Of a stretch of DNA of 64,000 bases, positions 25,288-37,327 are shown one piece after another (position 1 is the first letter of the stretch; each line of letters starts with the position of its first letter). The stretch lies in contig JAHDYR010000024.1 of the NCBI GenBank assembly GCA_019828565.1, positions 216,734-280,733 on the forward strand. Reading direction: 5' to 3'. Both the position numbers and the translations under genes were made by a program. The notes beneath the pieces were generated by a model, which saw nothing but the letters and a program-made list of their open reading frames with translations, did not search any database and was not told the DNA's origin. The DNA is from Carpediemonas membranifera BICM (taxonomy: Eukaryota; Protista; Fornicata).

Positions 25288-28200
25288 AACAGTGGCGGCC
25301 GGAGGTGTACTCTGGCAGCACGAGGGCACCAGCAAAAAGCCCCTCGCCTACTTCTCGAAGACGTTTTCGGAAACTGAACGGCGCTGGGCAACGATCGAAC
25401 AAGAACTATACGCCATAGTATACTGCATAACAAGACCAGAATTCTCGCAGATACTCAAGCTGAAACCATTCACGGTGCTCACAGACCATCGTAACATCTG
25501 GCTCCTACAGAAGTCAGAAGAGGGCACAAGAAAGCTCACGAGATGGCGGCTAATCCTCACAGAGTATCCGTTCGCCATTCGCCATATCCCTGGAGACACA
25601 AACCTGGTCGCTGACGCGTTGTCGCGTCCAAGTGGTTCTATCCTTGAGCTCTCAAGTCACCCCAGTCAAATCATCGCCAACGCCCACAGCGGTGCCAACG
25701 GACATGTTTCCGTGGGCCAGACCCTCCGCAACCTGCGGAACGCCGGCGAGAAATGACACACCATGGGACAGGACGTTAAGGAGTACATCAAGGAATGCGC
25801 CGTATGCCAGAAGCTGAAGCCTCACCCGAAGACTACCGCGCCCTGGCACTCGACCCAGAAAAGAACACCCTTCGAGACGGTTCAGATCGACACCATCTGT
25901 GGCCAAATAAAGAGAACTAATGACGAAGTGAGGTTTATTCGAAACCCGATCAAGGGCAAAAATGGTTATAACTAAAATTGCCCAACACTTCTCTCTCTTA
26001 GAAGAGTGGGTGACACTCGAGATAATAGTCGAGAGCCTCGAGGTCCCTGACCTCGAGGTAGGGAAGCCATTGGTCGTCCTCGGCACCATAGCCATCCCAG
26101 CGGATGAGAAACTCGAAGGAGGTCTTGTTGGGGCCGCCACGGTGGGCCAGGATCTCTTGTACAAGGTAGGAGTCCTCGTCCATGGCGACGAGCTCGATGT
26201 CAGTGAGGAGGCCATTGGAGACGAAGCGGCGGAGGCGTGTGGCGTGATAGGTCTGGGTGCGACGAGTCGCAGGATTGATAACCTCGTAAATGTCGTTCGA
26301 GCGGGAAGTTATGGTGTAGGGGCCCATGAGCTTGGGGGTCAACTTGCTGTCGGGACGCGTCGGGTAGGTTACTAAGACCTGGTCGCCGATGGCAAAGACG
26401 TCCGAGGTTGAAGGGCCGGGGTTGAAGGTCTGATCCTGGTTAAGGCGGGCTGCTTGAACGAGGATCTCCTGGATTTGGACGATGTCTGGGTGCTCTCCCT
26501 CTCCCTGTGACACTACGTCGATGATGCTGCGGTCGAGGTTGACGGCGGTGCCGAAGACGAGGGCAGCGGGTGACATGCCAATGCTAGAGTTGGTGGTAGC
26601 GTTAAGAAGGCGTTGGACCATGGGCAGGTACAGAGACCACTTGGAGGAGAGTCTGAGTTCAGAGGTCAAGGCGAGGTCAAGGCGACGAGATGACGGTTCA
26701 CCTCGCGGTTGACCCTCTCGACTAGGCCGTTCGCGCGGTGGTGGTAGGGCAGCGTGACGGTGTGGGCCACGTGCAGGGAGGCCAAGATCTCCTTGAAGAG
26801 CTTGGCAGTGAACTGGGAGCCGCCATCAGTGCGGACGGTCTGAGGGAATCCGTAGTGGCCGGCGAACTGGATGAATGCGCGGCAGGCAGACTCGGAGGAA
26901 GTTGAAGGGACAGCGACTAGCTCTGTAAAGCGTGAGAAGTTGTCAACCGTGACGATGATAAACTTGTTACCAAAGTCATCCTCCGGGAAGGGACCCATAG
27001 TGTCGATGGAGACGGCCACGAACGGGTCAGAGGAGAACGTAGGACGCAGGGTAGAAGTCGTCTTCTTGGCTGTCTCGCGGACCTTCTGACAGATGGGGCA
27101 TGAGGCAATAAAGCCCTTGATGTCATCCAGCATGTTGGTCCATTCGATGCCGCGGAGCTTGAGGCGCTCCATGGTGGTCACGGCGCCCATATGGCCGGCG
27201 ACGGGACCATGCACGGACTCAATGTCCACATGATGGTCAGACAGGGAAGTGACAGCCTTGAGACAGCGAGAGAGGACATCTGCGGCCGCGTTGTCGAGGC
27301 CGGGGATGTGATGAATCACGAAGACATACTCTTGGAGACGGAGGCTCCAGCGCACGACCTTCGGGGTCTCACTGCGCGACATGTAGATCAAGTTCTTATG
27401 ATCGGTCTGGACCTCGAAGAACTGGCCTCGGATGAACGGATCGAACTTGGTGATGGCGAAGAAGATTCCATATGCTTCTTGCTCGATCGTGGCCCAAGCT
27501 GACTCAGTCATCGTGAAGCGGCGCGAGACGAAGGCGACAGGTGCCTCCTTGCCGGAGACGGGATCTTGCTGCGCGAGGAGAGCGCCACAGCCGAGCGAAG
27601 AAGCGTCGGTCTTGATCACCAGGGGCTTCGAGTAGTCTGGGAAAGATAGGAGGGGTGCCTGGACGATAGCGCGCTTGACGGTGTCCCAAGCAGTCTGTTC
27701 GGACTCACCCCACTCGAAAACGGTCTTGGAGCCGCAGAGGTCGTACAGGGGAGCCATGATACGGGCGAAATCTGCGACATGGTCACGGTAATAGTTCGCG
27801 AGACCGCAGAAGCTTCGCAGCTCGGAGGGGTTTGACGGAACGGTCATTGAGCCGAGGGCTTCCTTGCGCCAGCTGGAGATGCTGATGCCCTGTGAGCAGA
27901 CCGTGTGGCCGACGAACTCGAGCTCGGTGCGGAGGAAGACGCACTTGCTCAGCTTCAGGCGTAAGTTGTGGGCGCGGACGAGTTCGCATACTGTTAGAAT
28001 GGCCAGTTAATCCGGGGATATACGGAGGATAAACGCAAATTCCTTATTCGTGCTTCAGGGCGTTCGAAGTCCTAAGAAGCAGCTGAAATGATAGATGCGA
28101 GTGCATTAATGACATATCCATGCTTGATGTAACATGTGCGAGATTGGTGGTCGAGCAAATTGCCTCTCGCATTTTAAGGTCGAAGGCAAAAGTGGTCGTA

Positions 28201-29072
28201 CGACCAAGTGGCCTTGTCAGCAAAGTCTGTGTGTTCTAAAGAGTATCCTCTGTTGTTTTTATGCGTCAACTCCTTCTCAGTCGCCGGGAACTAATGACTG
28301 AATCAACCAATCAAAAGAATGAAGCTGTCCCCCAGAAAGCAGGCCATACTACGGTGGTATATAGTCAGTATACATCATCGGAGTATGTTCGGTTTTCTGG
28401 GGGACAGATTCAATCTTCTGTATCTCAAAATTTGCAATTTTTTTATCGGCGATAAGATGGAATCAGAAGACTTGGCTCAGAGCTCAAGTGCACTTAGCTC
28501 CATAGAGCTGAGATCGGCAATTGGCATGATCCACCGCCGCAGAAGGTGCCCAAAGAGGCGCTGACGTTGAGCGGTCGATCATGGCCGTTTAACACATCAA
28601 CGGGGGCCTCATCCCATGCAGTATCCATAACTTTTTACCATTTTCTTCTAGCTGCACTGGTTGGCAAATGAGCATTTTGTGTCGCCTTCATCATGGCAAT
28701 ATTCGAGATCAAATCCAGATTTGCTTTTTTTGTGCACAAGGAGCACAACAGCAAATTCGCAAGTAATGCAGATGAAAATCAGATGAATCTTAATCAGGCA
28801 CTCTCATACACACACTGCTTTAGTTTCGGAGCCAACGTCCATAAACTGAAGGAGTTCTGAACATTGTTTCACCAATTGTGTGAAACTGGTGAAATTGTGA
28901 AATAGTGTTGAAACGGCCAGAGAAGAAGAAGGAACCCCGGCAGCGCAGTTGTAGCTGCTCTTATAGAGCTATAGCAACAGCCAAATTGTCTGATTTATCT
29001 CACAGACCGTTGCGCATGTACCTGCCTAGTTTTTGTACAAAAATCTTGTTTTTTTTAAACTCTACAGAAATC

Positions 29073-31612
29073 ATGGTTGCTCATATTGTGTTCGAGAGCC
29101 ACATCGGTACAATATATGATGACCAGCCACGCTCAGTTGAGCGCATGAATTACCCTCTTGGCTGTACCTACTTCGCCATGGTCGGAATTGGCCTCAACTC
29201 CGCCAGAACAAGACCTCAGCGCGAGCAATTCTGCCAGCTCGTCCGCGAGATGGAGGAGGCGGACCTGATCTCCCAGCGCATTCACGACGCAAGGTTCTTC
29301 CGCCCTCCAGCAGACTCCCGTCCCTTCCAACGTGCCGCAACCGCACACGGAAATCAACACCCTCCTCACCCTGTCTTCGTACGGGACGATTACCGCACCC
29401 ACGCCATCCAGGAGCGTGCTGTGCAGGACTACAACGACTCAGAGGAGCGCTCCGCCAACTTTTCTGAGATCATGGAGCTCACATCGATCCTGATGTACGT
29501 CCGCAATGGCTTCAACTCGACCCAAGAGCTCTTTAAGCTCATCAACAACATCTCCCGCCGGCTTGGAAAGCCGATCTCGAAGAACAAGACCGCGGAGGTG
29601 CTCATTAAGGACCTTGGCATTGACATGACCAGAATATCTGGTGTCTCAGAGGCCCTCACTGAGGAGGAGCGCGCCTTCGTCAAGCATCTCGTGCCGTGCA
29701 GGTCGGTCTCAGGCAATACAACATGGCGGCGTACCATGTCCGGCACGCAGTCGCGACTTGAGCTCACGAACCGTTTGACTGTAGCCGACGGAGCCGAGCC
29801 GACTCCGTTTTTCGACCACGACCTCGTCGCCGACCACACTTGGGAGCGACCGACGCTCACCCTCCACTATGACAGCGAATCCGACGCTGTCCAGCACTAC
29901 CAGTCCCTCAAAGGCAGTGTAGGTATCGCCCATCTGGGCAAGCGACTGAACAGCTCGACCTGGGACAAGGTGGAAACGGTGTGGTTCGATGGCGTGTACT
30001 ATCTGCAGCAGGCAGTGCTTCACCCGGAGTGGCTCGAGTCTGACCAGACGAACTTCGAGCGTTGCTCTCGTGCCCTTCAGGACCCAGGCCATGTCGAGTT
30101 CCAACCACTAAAACTACTCCTGTGGCTCGACGCATGGAAGGGACATACCGCAACGTTCAAGATCCGCATCTACGACCCGTCAGGCTTCACGTTCCCTAAC
30201 CGCATCACTCCCCCCTTCCGACTCGTTGAGTGTCTTGCCGGTGAGAAGGAGCTGACGGAGGAGGGAAACCTTCAACTCGTTGAGGAAGAAGTCGAGCGGA
30301 TCTATCAAGCCCTCATACCGATCAGAGGAACTGACCAGGTCACCACCTTCGACCAAGTCATCGTCATGGGCGATCACGCGGCCATCAGGAAGCTGTCATC
30401 CGGCATCGAGGGTAATGGAGGGCACTATCCCCAGCCCTTCAACAGCATCCGTCGAGACCACAAGGCGCTGCACCCCATTCCGGCGCACTCTCGGGTCACC
30501 TTGCATGATTTGCTCGAGCAGAAGGCAGCGTTCCACGCCGTGCAGGCCGACCCCGACCGTGTGCAGGACCCGAAAGAGGAGTATGGCAACTTCTCCGACA
30601 AGAGGGCCATCTTCGAGAACCGGCCAGAGCCCCGAGTCATCCACACGGAGCGAGTTGTCTTTTTGTCCTCCGATCATGCACAACTCGCACCGCCTGCTCG
30701 AGCAAGTGGCACGGCTATGCGCCAGCTTCCCCGCTGATCGGAACGCAACTGCCGTAGACAAGCGCAAGCTCCAGCGCATGTCATCCAACCGCAGTATTGA
30801 CCGCACTGTCGGGTGCAACGAGCAGTCTGCTGCCAGAGTTCGCATGGCGAACACCACGAACGAGGATTACGAGGCTCTTCCTGAGTCCGTCCAAGATATT
30901 GTGCGACTCATTGGCTATCTCCAGGCTCTTTACTACTCAACCGAGCCTGTCACCGACAGCAAAGTCGCATTCCACTTCTTGGCCGCGTCCATGTGCCACC
31001 TGTTCCACGTCATGCTCAGTCTGCAGGCACACCAGACAAAGCTGGCGTTGCTCCCTCCTGGGCAAGCAGACAAGGCGGAGAAGCCATGTGCCCAGACACT
31101 CTATGTCAACAGCAGGCTCACTGCCCAGCCTCTTCTTCACGATCATCTCCGCATTCCTCTTTTTTTACCTCCTCGAGGAGTTCTTTGAGAGAGAGTTCAT
31201 CAAGAACCAGGAGGTCCGAGCCGAGTTGCACAGGTCGGCCATGATCGAGAAGCTGTGTTTGACCGAGCAGACCACCCTCATCTGCACGTTCTTAACGGGT
31301 ATTCGCTCGTTCGGTCGCCAGGACTACTCAGTCCCCCCGCTGAACAGGCTTCGTCGTGTCCGAGTCCACCAATGCTGCAGACAAGCTCGCTCATGGTTCG
31401 CCATTCGCAGCCACATGGAGGCAAGGCACCAATTCCATGCCACGGCGGCGGTGGTGCGCCTCTTCCAGGAGCTCGTTGACGAGATGTGGCAGTACGTCAA
31501 CGATTATACGGCTTTGGCATGGGACGAAGAGTCTGGGGTGATGGTTTGCGAGTTGGCAGACATGGGTGAGGAGCTTGTTTGCTGCATTTGCGGTCATGCA
31601 CGCGCTGAGTAG
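29073..31612 (+). CDS. Putative DDE transposase, CMC/Transib/RAG1-like; frameshifts near 30660 and 31130-31170
   Basis: WLDAWKG (D), VMGDHAAIRKL..G..YP (D), PPIMHNSHRLLEQ, LEEFFERE (E); all conserved in copy 2; largest ORF inside the TIRs. Confidence 0.65.
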
Positions 31613-31734
31613 TGAGTAAAGGAGTTTTATTGGTCAGTACATCCCATTTGGTGTGTTTCCCCAACTACCAATTTTTTTTTCAACATTGGTAGTTTCACAA
31701 TTTTCACATTACGTCACTTGTTTGGTGAAAAACA

Positions 31735-32660
31735 ATGGAAACGCCACTTCCGACATGGCTGACGATGAATTTATCGCAACACAAGGCCTATATTCAATAT
31801 GTCAAGCTTTCAGACAAGTCTGAGCTCTTGCCGTCTGTCAGGGCCTTCTTCAACAGAGATCTGGCGACTTCGAACCTCGACTGTCTGAACTACTCATTCG
31901 TCATGTATGTCAGACCCACTACACTTCTTGTTAACACAGTCTCATCGCAATTCGTGGGGTTGAGATGGACAACATCAAGGCTGCATGCCTTCTCTTCCGC
32001 GAGTCGTACAGGGAGGGGCAGACCCTGAGCGGACAACTGCACCAGGAGCGGTTTGTCATCGGCTTACGGACAGCCGTCTCCTGCAGAGGTCTTGGGTTCG
32101 CGAGGGTGCTTCTTAGCATAGCATCTGCCGAAGAACTCGTCCGACTGCAGTGCGACAAGCGACTCCAGGACATGTATGCGTCCTTTGGCCTCAAGGAGTC
32201 ATCGGACCCGTCGCAGGTCGAGCAGCTGGTGGACACGGGGGGCAACCCACTTGCCATTGTCACGATGGAGGGCACGATGGGTCCCAACAAGTGGACCAAC
32301 CTCGGCAAGAGCCTGACAGAGTGCTGTGGGATGATAATGCAAGGCTCTACGTTGATCCGCGTGACCAACCATGGTAATAGACTTGATCAGCACGCTCATG
32401 GGATGCCTGCTTCCGACAAGAGGAGTGTTGACTCGTTCGTGGAACGCACCCGTGTGTCCGTGCGCCGTGAACGTGCGGCAAAACGGCCTAACGTCACCCG
32501 CATCAGGCAGAAGTTGATGATTATCCGCCATTACAACCTTCGTTCTTTCACGCTGGTCAAAGAGATCAAGGAAACGAGGACCGAGATGCGTAAGGAGAAG
32601 AAAGCCAACTTCTGGGACAGTGAATGGAATATTTCCGTTGAGGATGACGAAGAAGTGTAA
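31735..32660 (+). CDS. GNAT acetyltransferase (35-nt intron 31905-31939)
   Basis: Acetyl-CoA motif A LRTAVSCRGLGFARVLL and downstream MYASFG; the intron GTATGT..TTAACACAG joins the two ORFs in frame. Confidence 0.75.
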
Positions 32661-32684
32661 ATGAAATGAAAATAAAACAAGAAT

Positions 32685-33389
32685 TTATAGCTCCTGTGCC
32701 GAACACTCTAAGTAGTAATTCATGATGGCTTGGTATACCTTGCGACGCAGCACATCACGCGATTCTGCCTCAGCACGTTCCGCATTCCGCTTGGCAATGA
32801 CAGAAGTGAGCTGACTGAGTGTCTTAGCCTCCTTCTTCAGAACTCTGGTGGGTCTGGCGAAGATGAGATCCGCGTCGCGGTCACGGCAAGGCTTGCTCAG
32901 GACGAGCTTGACGTCATCGACCGTCACACCGCACGATGAAGCAGCGAAGGCATGGACCTTAGCCCGGTAGGCGATGGGAATGCGGTGAAAGGCATCATCC
33001 ATCTCGCGGACAGTCGCGATGAGTGGGTCGTCCGTGTCCAGCTCATCTGTCTGGGCGTCAAGACTGAGGAGAGCCTTGAAGCGGTGACGCTTGTCCTCAT
33101 CACCGCCTCCCTGCCACTTGCGGCTGATCTCTTCGACCGACTGGAGATTGCCGTAGAGCTTGTCCTTCTTCAAGGAGGCTACTTTCATTTTAGGGACCTC
33201 GGCGGCAAACTTCTGGCTGAAGTCGACAACCCATCCGTTTGCGCGGGTAATATCGTCATTATTAAGGAGGAAATTGCTGATAAAGGTCTGAACGATCTCG
33301 ATGGGCGTCTTGTGAGCTTTTCGGGCTGTTTTCGTGGACTTGTTGGACTTGCTCTGGCTCTTTTGCTGCGCTTTCTTGCCAAGAGCCAT
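32685..33389 (-). CDS. Conserved hypothetical element protein (ORF-X), Lys-rich N-terminus
   Basis: Homologous to 59670-60357 (RFKALLSLDA/RFRALISLDA, VIAKRNAERA/VIEKRNAARA). Confidence 0.8.
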   Translation of the reverse strand: MALGKKAQQKSQSKSNKSTKTARKAHKTPIEIVQTFISNFLLNNDDITRANGWVVDFSQKFAAEVPKMKVASLKKDKLYGNLQSVEEISRKWQGGGDEDKRHRFKALLSLDAQTDELDTDDPLIATVREMDDAFHRIPIAYRAKVHAFAASSCGVTVDDVKLVLSKPCRDRDADLIFARPTRVLKKEAKTLSQLTSVIAKRNAERAEAESRDVLRRKVYQAIMNYYLECSAQEL

Positions 33390-34127
33390 TCTCCTCTCCT
33401 TTTGAGCTTCAGTGGCCTGTATATTGCCTTGTTTACTTCTTTGCCATCGTTGTTTCCTTAAAATGCGTGTGAAAATGTGAAATGAACTGTGACTCTCGAC
33501 ATTGCTGCGCAGCTATGGTATTCCAACGGCACAGAACGGGTTTATAGCATGCATATGATCCATTCTGGTGCCTTTATCCTCTATAACCAACATCAGTCCA
33601 TCAAAAATGAATCTTGCAACAGAATACTCATCCACACGCATCGAGAACGAAAAAGAAGCATATAACCAACATCAACAACCTAATAGAAGGCTGCATGCAA
33701 GCGTAGAGCTCTCCTAGTCAATTCTTCATTTTCACCACCATCGATCTCCACGTCAGGATGAAACCGTGCGCCCAAAAGCTCAGAGATGCCGTTATAGATG
33801 ATATAACGACGTCTCTGAGCTTTTCAGCGATTTCAGTTTCTGGCCATGGATAAGCTACAAATCCTGTCAATGTTGTCCTCAGAGGACACTGAAAAATTTA
33901 ATCTGTGTCCTCTGAGGACCAAATTGACAAAATCGAAAATGGAGCGATGAGATGTCCATCGAAAAACGGCCAAAACAGCGCAGGTGCAGAATGAGCTGAA
34001 AATCGGCCAAGGGGTAGCTCTTGGGTCTTTATGGCTGATCGGAGGTATTTACATGACAGCTGGCAATATTTATTGAGATAAAACGTATTTCATTTTTCGA
34101 GAAAGTCTTCTGAGGACCAAATTGACA

Positions 34128-36304
34128 ATGGTTAACGAAGACATCATCTCTCTCGGCAAACTGAAGGAGACAATGCTTGCTCCTGACGATTCTGGTATGT
34201 CACTTTCATTTTCACGGTCCTATTTACACAGATGATTCATTCCGTGCATACGACGCCCTTTCGTCCACAAAGAGCCGTATAACCTGGCTGCAAGATCACG
34301 GCATCGTCTCTGATGACCCTCTGTTCTTCGTTTGCGTCCGTCTGATCAGCATTCGTACGATCAACGTTGTTTTCGGGTTCCCGTTGAAGCGCACTTTAAG
34401 CCAGCACGTTCACGACTATGGAGTTGCCAAACTACGCGCGATATGTGACGCAACTAACCGCAACTACCTCTGCGAGGTCGACTTTGACTCTCCCGACACA
34501 ATTGAGGCATTCCGACGGAAGTTTTGTGACCACTTCACCGCCAAATCTGTTCATAAGGCTCTAGTCGGCGTCGACTCGCTCCCCTGTTGAGAAGCAGGTT
34601 GAGATTTACCGCGCATTCCACCTTGTGTTGCGCCACAAGGACTCGAAGAAACTCGATTCTCGTGTTCCGGCAGGCCAATTTGGCCAGTTTATCGCCCACG
34701 CCCAGCTCAGCAAGAAGCTGTCCTTCGCTGGCTCAGAGAAGCTGGCCGAGGAGTTGGCTAAGATCGGTTCGCTCGATCCGTCAGCTCCTCTGAAGAGGAA
34801 GATCGCTCGTCTTGAGAAGGAGCTCGCCTCATCGACTGCTGCTCTGATGAAGGTCCAAGAGGAGTTAGTCCGGGCCCAGGACCACTCAGCAGCAGCCACC
34901 AAGCCTTCTGCCGTCGTTGCTGCCCCTCAGCCACTTCCGGTTGTCGACGCAGAGTCCACGACACACGATGAATTTTCCGACACTGACGAGTCCGAGTCTG
35001 ATGACCACTCTGAACCGGCCGCCATGCAGGGTGACGGCGTTCCTTTGCCCCAGACTGATCAAGACATCGACGTAGAGTCTGATGTGGACGACACAGACAC
35101 CGTTGGTTCTCTCCTTCAGCAGCTAGACGACACCATTGCAGGCCTTGATGATGTCCCTGAGTCTGTGCGCTTGTTGGAGCAGTACGAGCCCTTGATAAAA
35201 CGGCTTGCTGAGGAGAGGGAGGCGAGGGAGGCGCTTGAACAGGCTAACAGAGAGTCTGAGGAGTCCCAGAAGAGACTTGAAGCTGAGTTAGGTCAGCAGA
35301 AGGCCGAGGATCAGGCGATCCATCAGTTTACTCAAGCAGAGTTGGCACGGGCGAGTGAGGCTGGGCTTGAAGCGCTCGCCGATGAACTCGAGGACAACTG
35401 GGCTGAGCTTGTCAGGCGCGCCGAGGAGGCAACAGTGGAGCTTGACCGCTACGTTCCTCTCGCTGCCTTGATGGTACTGTTCCAGAGGAACAATGTGACT
35501 GGAGCCTTATGGACTCGGATCAATAGCACCATGATGAGGTACGGGGGCCAGAAGTTCATAACGGTCCCACCTCTCGACCTCGGTCTGTCGCCAGAGATGA
35601 AGGCTATCATCAAACAGCACTCTCCGACGCCTGCCAATGTTCCCCCTATGCAGATATACTTACGGAGCGACGTTGATAGGCAGAAGTACATCGACGTGGA
35701 GTACGACAAGGTAGGCGAGCGAGTTCTCAAAGATCGTAAGAGTTGGCGGAAGATTGCAGTCAACCCGGATGGATTGTGCATCGGCTACTGCCTGCAGAAG
35801 GTTGAGAATGGCGAGTTCGACAAGAAGTTTGCGGCAGAGGAAGTGGCAGCAGTGAGGGAGGAGGTGCGCGCCTGGGGATTCTCCGATGCTGGCGAGAGGC
35901 TGAGGCTTGAGACGTCTAACGTGTTCGTGCCCACCCTGATGTTCGACGATGCCACTGATTGGTACAGCAACTTTGGTGTCATGGCCTGGTCAGCTCTGAA
36001 GAGCAAGACTGTAGTCGTTATCTGGGTCAAGATGTTGACGTACCATGACAAGTATATTGTGCGGATGCATTTGACGGAAGTTTATGAGTCCGGCATGGTC
36101 CGGCGTGGATCTGATGAAGATGTGGCTGCGGCGCAAGCTATTGTGGTCGTCAAGGATGAGCATGCGACGCTATTTGTCCGCAAACGTTCAAAGGGTGGTA
36201 AGAGAAAGGCTCATACGACTTATATCAAGCGCAAGGCAGTCGATAAGGATCGCGAAAAGAGAGTTGTTGATGCCGAGGACGTTAAGCGTGGAGTTCCCGA
36301 GTAA
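34128..36304 (+). CDS. Acidic/coiled-coil protein with C-terminal OTU-like cysteine protease (37-nt intron 34195-34231; frameshift near 34583)
   Basis: VNPDGLCIGYCL (OTU D-G-x-C) and VVVKDEHATLF (His); syntenic with the clearer OTU in copy 2. Confidence 0.6.
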
Positions 36305-36330
36305 AAAAAGAGATGTTTTGACATTTTAAT

Positions 36331-37141
36331 TCATTTCTTCCGCTTCTTGAGTGCCGGATACTGCTCCAGGAACCTTGTGAGATAGTTTGGATGAGAAATG
36401 GGCAGACTCGGGAACCTAGCAATGGTTAAGACCTCACCCGCATCAAAGAAGATCTCGCCGTAACTGATACGAAGAAACTCTTCGGCCTGAATGACGTTCG
36501 TCGACTCAACCGCAAGGACTGGAAGGTCCTTGAGCAAACGGTTGGTGAACTGGCAGTTGGTGTCACTCTCACTGTGGTTGATGAGGTGTACACCAATGCC
36601 TTCACCTTCGCCGGCGTCGACGTGAATGTTGCTAGCGTCGAATGAAATGCTGTGTAAAGGCATAATGAACAATGAACAAACACCATGTTGCTGTTATTCG
36701 CGTGGTAGTCCTCGTCGGACACAATCCTACCGGCGTAAATGCCGAGGAGCTTTCCGGGCTCAATTGCGGCAGTTGCAATGAGGCCTCTACCCACGTCCGT
36801 GTGGTCGGGAGCCAGACAAGGCTGCACCTCAACGGCAATGGAGGGGTGGGTCAGCCGGGTGGATAACCAACTCGGGGGGTTCGAGGGGAGGAAGGTCCTT
36901 CTCGGCCTCTTTAAGCTCCCCTGATCGACTCCTCGGGAGTGTTTGGGTAGATCGCGGCGACCAGATCCGGATGCAGTGCCTGAGTATGCACAACGGATTC
37001 AATGATGGAATCTTCGCTTGAGGAATCCTCCTGAGAATCATTTGAAGGCGCAGACGGCGGCGTCTTGCCCGCAGTGGACGTAATGGGTATTCTGATACCC
37101 CCAGGCTGCGGCTTTGGTGGGAGCGCCTTTCTTCTCGCCAT
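36331..37141 (-). CDS. SET-domain lysine methyltransferase (32-nt intron 36650-36681; upstream frameshifts)
   Basis: GRGLIAT..I..G..LGIYAG, HLINHS..NC and EFLRISYGEIFF. Confidence 0.85.
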
Positions 37142-37327
37142 CTGATTTTTTTTTGCAAACGGACACGCGGTATTTCTCGGGATTGATGGGGCCGTCTCAC
37201 ACCGTAAAGGACACACATACAATATCTTATCTGTAACACCAGAATGCTTGCTTATTGTGGTCCATATCCTTCCCTATAGCTGGTTCGGCCAACTACCAGT
37301 GTTGGAAAAAAAAGTGGTAGTTGCCAA

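Noticed and set aside
27987-27993. RSS-like heptamer implying a ProtoRAG element
   Set aside because: CATACTG differs from CACAGTG, and I see no nonamer, RAG2-like kelch gene or 5-bp TSD.
11043-31612. Frequent frameshifts as programmed recoding or true pseudogenisation
   Set aside because: Many fall in homopolymer runs (e.g. near 13725, 30660, 31160) in elements with identical LTRs or TIRs. Long-read indel error is the simpler explanation and needs polishing to decide.
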